Assembly: GCA_040285825.1 (NCBI GenBank) | Contig: JAUPSS010000003.1 | Coordinates: forward strand, 434,001-498,000 | Source: Eukaryota sp. TZLM1-RC | Lineage: Eukaryota > Protista > Metamonada: BaSk clade | Length of the DNA: 64,000 nt | Reading direction: 5' to 3' | Shown: positions 48,304 through 59,100 of the stretch, piece by piece | Numbering within the stretch: position 1 is the first letter of the stretch | Layout of the letters: each line of letters begins with the position of its first letter | Notes under the pieces: model-generated | What the model saw: only the letters and a program-made list of their open reading frames with translations | Told to the model about the DNA's origin: nothing | The model's database searches: none | Position numbers and translations under genes: made by a program

Positions 48304-49236
48304 TTATAGCTCTATTAATCCAACTTCTCGGCATGTGTTTTCTTCCCATTCCAGCAACATTACCTTGTCCTTCCTGTCATTTTCTACCCCCAAAACCAAC
48401 TTTCCTTCTCTCCACAGTAGTTTGCTTCCTGAATCCAACCAGGGAGATGACACAAAAGAACTCAGTTTAATAACTTGGTGAGAATGATCAACCAATGAAA
48501 ACAAATGAACGCTAGACTTTGATGAACTTAGGCCAACAAAACAAGCATCTGGAGAAAAAGAGAGAAACATGGGGCTAGCTGAGGAGGCCCCTCTACGAAA
48601 CTCTGCTCGTTTCTCTGCACTGTTTCCCGAGCTAACCCAAACACGCACATTTCTTCCTGATCTGCTAACAGTTGCTATAAACAAAGTATTGTGATTTAAG
48701 GAACATTCAATTTTGGATATAGACTGGGAGTGAATGTTCTCTAGCATGATAGGAACCGATGATTTCCTTCGTATAATTAAGGAAGATTTTAGTATGGAGG
48801 GATGTACAAAAATCCATTCATGACTATCACGAACAAGTGACATAGCGCCAGTTGGATTGGGTGCTGTATCTGAAAAATAAACAAGGGAGAAGGAGTGGTT
48901 TGTATTTACTTGAAAAAGGTAAACCTTGGTCTGGGTTGATATGGAAAGAAAACAGGTTTCACTGTTAGGAACAGACTTCATACCGAGGATGTTTCCTTCG
49001 AGTTGTAGCTTCTTGTCATGAATTGTGGCATTTGAGGGGTGTAAAGTGAGAAAGAAGACAGTAGAAGGATGTTGGACAGTGAGAATTGCACCACATTGGG
49101 GAAAGGTTGGTACAATATCAGTAACAATGTAGGGAACTGTACATGTGAAACATGATGTCAACGTTGTCATATCAAACGTTGTAATACTGTTACCATGAAA
49201 GAACAAATCATTGCCCAATCGACAATACCCATTCAT
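48304..49236 (-). CDS. PROPPIN (Atg18/WIPI-like) beta-propeller
   Basis: ATVSRSGRNVRVW, EFRRG phosphoinositide-binding motif, LSFSPD, SSSKSSVHLFSL; likely start MNGY at 49236. Confidence 0.85.
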   Translation of the reverse strand: MNGYCRLGNDLFFHGNSITTFDMTTLTSCFTCTVPYIVTDIVPTFPQCGAILTVQHPSTVFFLTLHPSNATIHDKKLQLEGNILGMKSVPNSETCFLSISTQTKVYLFQVNTNHSFSLVYFSDTAPNPTGAMSLVRDSHEWIFVHPSILKSSLIIRRKSSVPIMLENIHSQSISKIECSLNHNTLFIATVSRSGRNVRVWVSSGNSAEKRAEFRRGASSASPMFLSFSPDACFVGLSSSKSSVHLFSLVDHSHQVIKLSSFVSSPWLDSGSKLLWREGKLVLGVENDRKDKVMLLEWEENTCREVGLIEL

Positions 49237-49283
49237 AAAAACAATGTGCGAAGCTACTGTTAGGTACGGAAAGTGATAAAGAA

Positions 49284-49960
49284 ACTTAAAGGCTTTTTTG
49301 AAAAATGTTGAGCTGTGGTTGATTTTTATGTTGAATACTGTGATTTGCAACTCGGGTGCTTATTTTCAAATTCGCAACACCCACCCACCCAGTTCACAAC
49401 CAACCTCCTCTCACGTCTCCCCATCAATGCCATACACCTTCGATCTTCTTTTATCCCATGACAATCTTCCTTCTCTACGTGATGCACTTATTTCTATGGA
49501 AAAGTCTCAATCATCAGCTCTCTCGTCCCTTAGATATCATACGAGTGAAGATACTCGAGTTAGGGCACTTTATACAGTGCTTTTCCTTGGTCGAACCCAA
49601 ACCGAAGTTGGTCAACTGTTTTGGGTTCACCAAACGACAATTTCGAAGTGGGTACATGATCTTTTTGAACCCAACAATAAATCAGCAATTTCAAGATGTG
49701 TTTTGACAGATGCAGATGGTGAATTTCTGGACCATTTATTGAACACCCGTCCCCTTCTATTTTTAAGAGAGATTAAGACTATTTTGGAAATTCATTCAAA
49801 TAAACAAGTTTCGGTTTCAACCATACATAGATTTTTGGTAGAGAAAAGAAATTTCACCCGTAAAAAAGCACGCATGGTTGTGCAAAAAGCCAAAGCAGAA
49901 CCCATTCACAGTTTTTCTAATTATTTTCGTGGTAATTTCGGAATTGTCATCCAGGAACAG
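49284..49960 (+). mobile_element. Left end and N-terminal half of a Tc1/IS630-like transposase (HTH + winged HTH), truncated before the DDE domain
   Basis: HTSEDTRVRALY...TEVGQLFWVHQTTISKWV; RPLLFLREIK...VSVSTIHRFL...FTRKK; 37-bp end sequence at 49284-49320. Confidence 0.8.
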
Positions 49961-50277
49961 TACAATTCCCCCAAACAAAATGCCCCAAACAATATGCTAT
50001 TGTGGATATAATCCCATTGCCCAACCTTTTGTTATGTCTCTTTCTGCTCGCCACATCAATTCTGGTGCTTTGCTTTCTTTTGGATCTGACTATGAAAAAG
50101 TTGGAGCTAGTGTTTTTGTTTTGGAAAAGATGGATTTTTTAGATGTTGATTTATAGGTTGTCATTAAAAAAATTAAAATAAAATATACACACCTTAAACA
50201 TGTGGTCTGTGACATATTACAGTATGAATGGAGATGATGTTATGACATCATTGTGACTGGTTGAAGTAGAAGTGAGA

Positions 50278-50405
50278 AAACATAAAAGCATAAAACAACC
50301 ATAAACCAACCATAAAACCATAAACCAACCATAAAACCATAAACCAACCATAAACCAACCATAAAACCATAAACCAACCATAAAACCATAAAACAACCAT
50401 AAACC
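50278..50405. repeat. Compound minisatellite of ATAAAACC/ATAAACCAACC units
   Basis: Tandem units visible directly in the sequence. Confidence 0.9.
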
Positions 50406-50422
50406 AGATCTTGTAAACCAGA

Positions 50423-51088
50423 TCATATGAATGCAGTAGAAGACTCAGAATCCCTGGCAAAGGTTCGAAATAAATCCAGTATTCGATCACCATTCAGCAA
50501 TAGATTTTGAGACAGTAGGGGAGAGGGGTTAGAAAAAGGACGGAAGCAAGTGACGAGGGTAGAGAGACGTTGATAAAGAGAAAGAAGGAAAGGGTGGGGC
50601 AGGGTTGAGGTTGTTAGTTTGTACAAGAAGGAGACAATTAGTTGCCGATCATGATTCCATGATGGGGTGATGAATGATGGTTTAATTGAGCAAAGGAGGA
50701 TTACTATTGCCGAAGCATGGGATAAGTCACAATCAGTGTTGAGTAGTGAAAACCAGTGTTTGGAAAAGTTTTGGAACTGAGGATGAAAACATGCAGGAAG
50801 TAGACTCTTCTGTAGCTTTAATACAAGGTGTGGAACATCAGGAATAGAAGAGAGGGAAGACAGCCAGACTGATTCATATGAAGTCCAGGCAGCCACAAAA
50901 GAACTTGAGGGAAGGGACCTATGACAATGTAGTAACAGCTCTGTGTTGATCATTCTACGAAATAAGTGCCCCTGCATAGTAGAGACTTTTATATTTGATT
51001 TGATTCCAGAATCAATCTTGTATTCATGGTTATATTCCATAGAGGAAGGAAGAAAAAAAACTTTACTTAAAATAAAAGTGATTCTCAA
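50423..51088 (-). CDS. Hypothetical helical protein
   Basis: 221-aa ORF with two W...L...P...W-like units; start uncertain. Confidence 0.4.
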   Translation of the reverse strand: MRITFILSKVFFLPSSMEYNHEYKIDSGIKSNIKVSTMQGHLFRRMINTELLLHCHRSLPSSSFVAAWTSYESVWLSSLSSIPDVPHLVLKLQKSLLPACFHPQFQNFSKHWFSLLNTDCDLSHASAIVILLCSIKPSFITPSWNHDRQLIVSFLYKLTTSTLPHPFLLSLYQRLSTLVTCFRPFSNPSPLLSQNLLLNGDRILDLFRTFARDSESSTAFI

Positions 51089-51264
51089 TTTCCGACATAA
51101 AGAGTGGTAGTAGCTGCAAGCAAGGATTCGTCGGAGAAGGTTCGTAGTAGAGTAAATGATGAAATGTTGTAAGTGATGAAATGAAATTCAATTACGAATC
51201 TGGGGAATGATGACAACCCAACCAAACTTCACTCACCAACTTTTGTAACATGTAGGCTTTTTTG

Positions 51265-51477
51265 ACTTAAAGGCTTTTTTTGAAAAATGTTGAGCTGTGG
51301 TTTCACAGAACAAAGCCTCGCGACTTGATGTATCTAAGTGGATCTACCAAATACTACTATGGCATTTGTAGATCGGTCTCAAAAGATTTTGTTTCTGTAT
51401 GCTCAGGTTCCCCATTCATCTCCTCAACAGAGCATCTGGGCAAATGTATTTTTTTCGGCCACAATTCCGCTTTCTTC
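51265..51477 (-). ncRNA. Candidate Fanzor omegaRNA scaffold ending in a transposon-end sequence
   Basis: Directly downstream of RuvC-III; stems 51341-51352/51364-51374, 51305-51314/51388-51398 and 51399-51404/51430-51435. Confidence 0.55.
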
Positions 51478-53456
51478 TTAATTTGAATATTTTTTTGCAG
51501 CGGAAATATCTTTGTCATATACTATTTGACACTCAGTACAAATACGCATCTGCCATGAGATTGCTTGAATATTCTCGGCCATGCAACAACTTGACAGTTT
51601 GCTTGTATTAAATTCACTGGTTGACAAGTGCTTCAAGTCCTTTTGATAACACAACCATTTTCTGAAAGCCCTTGCTGATCCATATCGATTGACTTTTCGG
51701 CAATGAGAAGGTAAATTAGCAGAACCCACAGCAAGATAGAGTTTTTCAGGATGTCCAGCCAGCCTTTGAAATTAGTTGAGACTCTCTCTGAACCGTCTCT
51801 CTTTTCGTCTGCGGTTATCAAATTTAATTATTTTCCATTTCTGGCGATTACTTTCCAAATACACTTTCTTCTTGACCAAATTCCAATGGTTCAAATATTG
51901 GTTGAAATTTTCAACGGAATAATGGTTGGGAGAGTGTTTACTGAATGAAGTTTTTGTCATGTATCTTCTGCCAGTTGGACAAGGGATAATTCCACATTGA
52001 TAATCATTTAAGAAGAAACCACATAATCTTGATTGTCCCAGATCAACGCCAATAAGGGGCCTTTCAGGTAAAATTTCGACTGGTTGTCTACGTCTTCGAC
52101 GGGGCATTTTTTCAGTGCCCTTCAGCTGTGTTTCTCTGGTTTTGTTGGCATTAGGGTCACTTTTCATTTCATTTTTTGATCTTCTTTTCTTTTTCGGTGG
52201 TTCATCCAGCTCATCTGTGTTTTCTGAGTCATTATTGTTACCTTCAAAGATCAAAAGCAGTTCATTTCATTAGTTTTCAATAAAATTTTTGAAATCTATT
52301 ATTCAATCTTTTACTGTTGATATTGAATTTTTGCTAAGGACAATGTTTGAATATTCGTTTCAGACATGTATGGTTGATGAACTTTGTGTTGGAAGATGAT
52401 CCTTCAATAAGTGGGAATTTTTCAGAGTGGAAAACATGTGAAGGTACCTCATGAAATTTATGAGAAACTAAAATTTTTATTCTAAATTTCTTCCAGCAAT
52501 GCATGTGAGAAAAGAAAGTGAGTAAGTATTGTGCAATTTTAAGATTAAAGAGAAAAAGCTCACCAATTTCCTTTAATCTTTGATGATTGGTGGAGCTCAG
52601 ATTCCTTTTATCAATTATGACCAACAAGCTTTTAAGTTTCTTGGATGTTGGCTTGGCAATTTGGATGAAATTTATTCCCAGTTAAACAATTTATTGGAGA
52701 AGTTTGACAAGGATCTTAGTTTTATTGCTGAATGTGACATTGAGAAACACATCAAATTTTTTTATTTTAAAAATTTGTTATTCTGGAAAATTCACTCATA
52801 TTTTAAGGTCAACTCCCCTTCGGTATCTCTCAATTTTTGCAGATCTTTTAACAAACTTCGAGTCAAATTTTTTTCTTTTTTTATTAGAAGTAAATGAATC
52901 TTTAATTCGAAGTCATGTATTTTGTTCAGCAGATTTGGGTGGCATTGGATTCACCAAATCTTCGATTCTGTGTAAAGCAGCATTTTTGGGAGGTGGTAAA
53001 AATTTTGTTTTTGAATTTTTCCAAAGGTTCCCTTTTGATGTTCATCTGATCAATGGTGAATCAAATTTTTATTTGAATCAACTTCAAATCGAATTAGATA
53101 ATTTGCCTAGTGATATCTGGATTCAGTGTTTTCCTCAAAATGTTCAAAAAATTCCCACCCGATCACTTCCAAATTTACGTTTTTGCTTGAAAAAGCTTCA
53201 GCACCATCTGGTTAAATTATATGAAGGCTTGGATTATGAAGTAAGACTTGGCTTGGCCAAAACTGAAAATCCCGCTTTCGGTAATTTTTTAAAGGATATT
53301 CGTGATAGTTCAGCTGCTGCTTTAGTAACTCAAGTTCCCTCTGTTTATGGACTTTTGTTAAAAGACAATGAATGGCTTCTAAACATGCGTTTTCGTTGTT
53401 TTCTGTGGCCAAACAATTTGCCCAATCATTTAACTTGTAAATGTGGTAAACCTCTT

Positions 53457-54559
53457 TGTTGTTGTTGCACTCAAATTGAATTAGTAGGTTTCGTTGTATT
53501 TCGACTGATGACGTGATACTCATTTATGAATCAGTTTTATTAATAAACAACAGATTTCTCTCTCCCCTTCGTGTGTTCATCTGCCTAACGGCATCAATAA
53601 TTATTGGCCCTTCTTATTTCAGATGACTGTTCCTTCTGTCAACCTCCCGTCTCTTTCTTCCATGAAAGTTGAAAGTGTTCTCTTGTTCCTACAAGAGTGG
53701 AAGATCTATTCTTCTGTGACTTCTAAGAAAGAGCTTGTTCCAGCAAGACTCTTGGTCGATTCTTTTCTGTTAGAGTCCCTATCTCTCCAGAAATCCGACG
53801 TCTCTTCCAGTGACGATGTTCTTCTTAGACATCTTCAATCTGTCGTATCGTTCGCCACGTACGAAGATTTTAGTCTGGCTATGTCAGAACTGAAGCTTGA
53901 TGTCCGTATTGGTGACGTCCGAGAACGTATGTCCTGTTACCTGCGACGTTTCCTCCAGGTAAAGAGTAGGGCTTCCGGACTGAAGTTACCAGACACAGCT
54001 TTTCTGAATCGATTTGCCAGAGGAATTCTTCCCGTAGGTCTTCAACGTTCTCTACTAGCGAGAATTCGAGATGATGTATTCCCAGATCTTCACTCTCTTG
54101 TCGAAACCACTACTGATGAGCTGTTGGACTGCTCTAGGGTTGCTTCATGGACTCGTGGTTTCAAAACCTCAGTGAATGATGTGGAACGTACGGCTGGCAC
54201 TAAAACGAGGTCCTCTTGGCGCTCTCAGGATTTAAAAAATCAATCGTGCTTCAAGTGCCACAAGCCTGGACACATCTCCCGCGATTGTCCATCTAAAATC
54301 AAACATGAGGTAAATTATTTGTGTCACACAAACGATGCACCAAAGAGTTTAACAAACCCCATATCTTCCCTCTATTGAGCCAGTACTGTATTTGTCCTCA
54401 GAAAAGTGGGAAAAAGTAGTGTTGTTGTTGCACTCAAATTGAATTAGTAGGTTTCGTTGTATTTCGACTGATGACGTGATACTCATTTATGAATCAGTTT
54501 TATTAATAAACAACAGATTTCTCTCTCCCCTTCGTGTGTTCATCTGCCTAACGGCATCA
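53457..54559 (+). mobile_element. 1103-bp gag-only LTR mini-retrotransposon
   Basis: Identical 140-bp LTRs at 53457-53596 and 54420-54559; 4-bp TSD TCTT; PPT at 54401-54419; empty site visible in the paralogue near 33441-33470. Confidence 0.95.
53623..54378 (+). CDS. Gag protein (capsid-like region + CCHC knuckle), 251 aa
   Basis: Intact ORF; FARGI helix; CFKCHKPGHISRDC. Confidence 0.88.
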   Translation: MTVPSVNLPSLSSMKVESVLLFLQEWKIYSSVTSKKELVPARLLVDSFLLESLSLQKSDVSSSDDVLLRHLQSVVSFATYEDFSLAMSELKLDVRIGDVRERMSCYLRRFLQVKSRASGLKLPDTAFLNRFARGILPVGLQRSLLARIRDDVFPDLHSLVETTTDELLDCSRVASWTRGFKTSVNDVERTAGTKTRSSWRSQDLKNQSCFKCHKPGHISRDCPSKIKHEVNYLCHTNDAPKSLTNPISSLY

Positions 54560-56106
54560 TCTTTTGTTTACTCATCTTTTGAACTGTAAACATTTCATTA
54601 CGTTTAGAACCAAAGTGCATAATAACGTCAGGGACCAAATTTATGTAATGTGCAAATCATATCGAGTAGATTCCTTTTTAGAACCGCTGTTATCAAAATT
54701 AATTCTCGATGATCCCAATATTGATAGTACGCGTTACAACAGAGCTTCTATGGGTCTGACTAGAGGTGATCTAGTTGTTCCTGGTTTAAATGGTAGTTTT
54801 ACTATTTTGGACGCCATGTCTATTGACCCTTGTAATTCCTCTAACGAACATTTCATTAACTCGGATGTAAATAATCCTCTTCTTGCAGGCGAAAAATATA
54901 AAATTGCTAAATATGCGAAACCCATTTCCTCGGTTAATAAAAATTCTCATGCCCAATATAATTTATGTCCATTTGTTTTTTCTTTGCTTGGATCTCTAGG
55001 TAAGGCTGCTATGGCTTTCCTTGAGGATTTTGTTGTAGTTGTAAAGGAAAGAACTGGAAGAATTTTCAATCGTGTTTACTGGCAAAACAGGATTGTATTT
55101 TCTATTTTTAAGGGAATGGTAACACTAATTTCTGATTCACTATCTTCTTTTGGGAAATTTTCTGAATCTTTAGCGATTAATTGTTTTGATGTAGGGGAGG
55201 CAGGTTTTGAGGATGTGGAGTTTTAATTGTGTATTTCATATTTGTTGTTGAATAAAAATAAATTGCAAAAAAATTTCCTTTAATGAAAAGGTGATTTTAT
55301 CATGTGAGAACAGAAGGGAAGCAGTGGTAGGAACTCTTTGCAGGAGATTCAAGATAAACTTACATGCAATTAATAAAAAGAATCTTTCTCTTGAATTATT
55401 CAGAATGAAATTGATGTAGTGTTCAAGAACAGAATCAACAACTACTTCCTCCGGTTGGGCTAATAGTTCATCTGGCAAAAGTGAGAGAATATTATTGCCA
55501 AAGACATTTGTTTTATCTAGAGCTCCACAATGAGCACGAATAAAGTTTTTAACCCAGGATTGACAAACTTTAGGTAATATTGTCTTCACGTTAGACGCCA
55601 ATTGACGAGCCCGACAAGCAGAGTAAGGGGAAAGCCCTTTTCTATTGAATAAAATTACATTTCTGAGACTGCAGCCAAGCATTGAGAAAAAGATTGAATG
55701 AATTTCTATAAGGCACCAAAGAATTTTCCCACAAAGAAACAAGAGACCTGTCTTGTGGGCATTCAGGAAGAAATCCACTGTAAAAGATATGGAGTAATTG
55801 GCGTTGGCCTTTAGATGTGGAAGGCTTTGGAAAAGAACCAGTGGTGATGACGGTCAAAAAAAGATACCATATATCCTGTTCCACTAAAGCTCTAGATGCC
55901 AACGGAAAATTTAGAAGAAAAGATTTAAGCAATAAAGAAGCTTCATGACAAATATCGGTGACCAAAGGAAGGTCAGTCCGAATTTGTTGCACCGCTGCAG
56001 GGGTGAGCAGCGAGTTAAGTGCACAAGACCGAGTGAATACACGTGACACAAAATAGATGTCGGTCATGTAGTGAGAATTAACAGCTCATCTATCAAATTT
56101 TACACT

Positions 56107-59100
56107 TGTCACCCCATTTTCGACTTCTTGTTGCCTGTTCTGGGAGATTTTTAACCCTCAACTTGGTTTTGGGAGGTTTTCGCTATTCCCACACTTTCCC
56201 CTCACTTTATAAACTACCTTCTTATTTCCCTCACTTAAATTATTTTTTCGAGCTTTAGGACTCCCCTGTAATCATTCAACTTGTTTTTAGTACTCCCTCA
56301 GTTCATGCCCATTACTGGTCCTCCACAAACTACAACTTATGCTGCTTCACCACCGACGCCTACGCTTACACCCACGCTTCCATTACCCTTTTTCTACACA
56401 ATAATTCTAGGCTTTCGTTCGCTACCCCCTGTTACTAACCTTTTCTCAGTCCCAATTCGTATATGCCGATGGAGCGGACCGATCAAGAAGAAATCTGTTT
56501 GTTTCTTCTCTCAAATTCTTCCCAGAGTTGTGTGGTACTTGTACCTTTTATTTTTCAATTGTTTATTCGTTTGGTTACTTTGATTTTTCTTGAACAATCC
56601 TTGGATGAATCTTTTTCTTTCACCCCCCTCTCATTTGAATTTGTCTCTAACGAAGGTTATGTTGAGGGGTGAAATCTAGCGTTGAAAAATATCTTTCGGA
56701 GAAGATCCTTCTCACCCTCCTTCCAGTAAAAGTTCGAGTACAATGAGTGCTCCATTTAAGGAAACGAGAACCACTCCTTCCTCAAGGATTTCGGATGTAG
56801 TTCATCCCACTCCTCCACAAACGAATTCAGGTGTTCCCTAGTCAACTTCCCCTCAAACGAGTTCGAGTGTCCCACATTTCACTTAAGGTGAAACGAGTTC
56901 AGGTGTTTTTCACCTCACTCCCAGTCAATTTAGTTCGGGTCAACACCCCACTACCACACAAACGAACGCAAGATTCTCGTCTCGCTTCACATAGCATGAG
57001 TTCGGGTCAAAACCGCTCTCCCAATTGAAAAGTACACTTAACGGGTTGTACAACCCTGACCACGGGCATTTTTTCTCAAGTCAAAGCTCCTGTCATAAGC
57101 CCTGAGTTAGAAGCGCTCCGCGCCACTCTATTAAAGGAAGAGAGTGAAAAACAGGAACAAACGGACTTCGTAGAGTCCGGACTATCAGATACGTCTCTGT
57201 ACCCAGACGTGGAAAATGGTGTCTCGATACAGAGATTAAGTGAGATCATAGTCGTTTTTAGGGAAATTCCATTGACCCCAAAAACACTAAGAGATTCCAT
57301 AGCGCTTCTCAACCATACCTGGGCATGACGTCATGACGTCATGACAAAAAGTGTCATGACAACGTGTCATGACAAACAGCCTTTTTGTCATGGTTTATGA
57401 CAGTCTGATTTTAGTAGTTCAGTCACTTGTTATAATAGTTGAACATCACAATAAAACATACCTGGGCATGACACACACCCTCATTTATTGAATGAAAACT
57501 GTTTTGACCTTATTAGCAATCAATAAATTAACATTTTTTTTTATCTCAATAATTATTCCAGTTTTAAAAATAAAAAAATAAAATTTTCTAAAAAAAATAA
57601 ATTAACATTTTGTCATGAGTGTCATGATTGTCATGACGGAATTGTCATGACAAACGTGTCATGACAGTGTCATGACAAACGAGGGTGGGTGTCATGCCCA
57701 GGTATGTTCTCAACCAAGAAAGCAAAGAGTTGTCGGATAGACGTGCAAAACGCAGAATAGGACTATCCTCATCAAATTCCTCTTATAAATTCATCATGTT
57801 TAAAACTCGCGCTGCAGATTCGATTTTATTGGAAAAAGAGCCACCTTTGACATGTATTATTTTAGAATTCGGTGGTTAGATGTCTTGGAATATATTAAGG
57901 ACTTCTCCGGTAAATAAGATGGACCCGAGAGCGTACACCTCCTCCCAGACTAGTTTAGACCAGGTTTGGACAGAATTTTCGACAACAAAAGTACTTCTGA
58001 AGATGATTATATGGTAGTCAGAGAGGCTTATGCATACTACCCATACTCATCAAACCCTGATCTCGTTGAGATGAAACTCGTTTCTCAACCAAAGAGGTTA
58101 AAGTAGATTTAGAAGCCAAGGTGACCGTGGTACAAAAGGTACATTGTGGATACATGTTTTATAGAATCCAATCATCGCGCGCTACAGCTCCCAAACTGAG
58201 ACATACACATTCAATTGATTAATTGGAAAAATACAGCTCAAGCAACCCTCTTGAACCCACTCTCTTTCGGTAATAATAATAAATTGGATAAATATTGGAT
58301 TTTAAGCAGCCTAGAAAGAAATGTATGCAATCGAGCAGATGAATTTGCACCTTGTATAAACCACAGAAGATCCAAACAGCCTCAGTTTTCAGAACTTTAC
58401 GTTAGAATTAACAATACTGTCATAAAAGACATGATAGACACAGCTGCATTTTGTTCTGCCATTTTCCTTGACCTAGCAAATAAATGTGCAATGTCCATAA
58501 ATGAAAACGACATACCACAATTCATCCCTGCTGGCAATGTATCAGTGAAATCGCTTGGGAGTACACAAAGCATTCTGACGTTCAATGTTGGCAGCATCGC
58601 GAACCAAGTATCAATAAATCATACTCTCCCCATTATACCAGGTTCGAACAAATTTTTAATTGGGGTGAACATGTTAAAACAACTTGGGCTATTGACATCT
58701 GACCGTTTAGTTATTTTATTAGACGAAGAGCACCGCACCGTGCTGAATGCTGAAGCCGTTTTTGATAACAGGATTAAAATTCACCAAATTGGCCATGTAG
58801 AATCAACTTCTTGCAGTGAAGAAGATTTTACTCAGCAATTAGATAGATCTCGATGTGAGATTAATTTAAATGACAGTGAGTATAATAAGAGTTTGTCTGA
58901 TATATTACCTCAATACAAGGACGTATTCAGCGAAAAGCCCAATAAAGATGGGATCGATTGTCAACCTATGACGATCCCCTTCTACAATACTAATACAATT
59001 ATACATAAACCAGCTCGGGGCCTCAGCCCAAAAAATTACAAATAGCCAATCAGATTTTTGATGAATTGATTGAAATGGGATATGCAATTGAATCGAACTA

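Larger units (their letters stand above)
52578..55271 (+). mobile_element. 5'-truncated CRE-like RLE non-LTR retrotransposon inserted in the Fanzor gene
   Basis: 13-bp TSD AATTTCCTTTAAT at 52565-52577 and 55272-55284; A tail; FKFLGCWLG, LGGIGF, CKCG...HLLNC, HNNVRD, RGD...D...KIAKY. Confidence 0.93.
51478..56067 (-). pseudogene. Fanzor1-like (eukaryotic TnpB) RNA-guided nuclease, interrupted and frameshifted, ~630 codons reconstructed
   Basis: N-terminus SCALNSLL...VTDICHEASLLLKSFLL; in-frame join FSLKEI|GELFLF across the TSD; RuvC-I LIGVDLG; RuvC-II plus zinc finger SEFNTSKLSSCC...CTEC; RuvC-III YDKDISAAK. Confidence 0.85.

Noticed and set aside
49237-49350. N-terminal extension of the Atg18-like ORF
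   Set aside because: Non-ATG start running through the transposon end sequence.
50278-50405. Telomeric repeat, or the membrane-protein ORFs 50217..50426 and 50248..50493
   Set aside because: Units are irregular and internal, and the hydrophobic ORFs are artefacts of the repeat.
56399-56410. Seventh palindrome (CA-ATAATTCT-AG) in element G
   Set aside because: Two mismatches and an undefined LTR boundary, so it was not counted as evidence.
57320-57700. CRISPR-like array of GTCATGAC repeats
   Set aside because: Repeats are 8-10 bp, irregularly spaced and enclosed by TIRs and a TSD, so they are MITE subterminal repeats.
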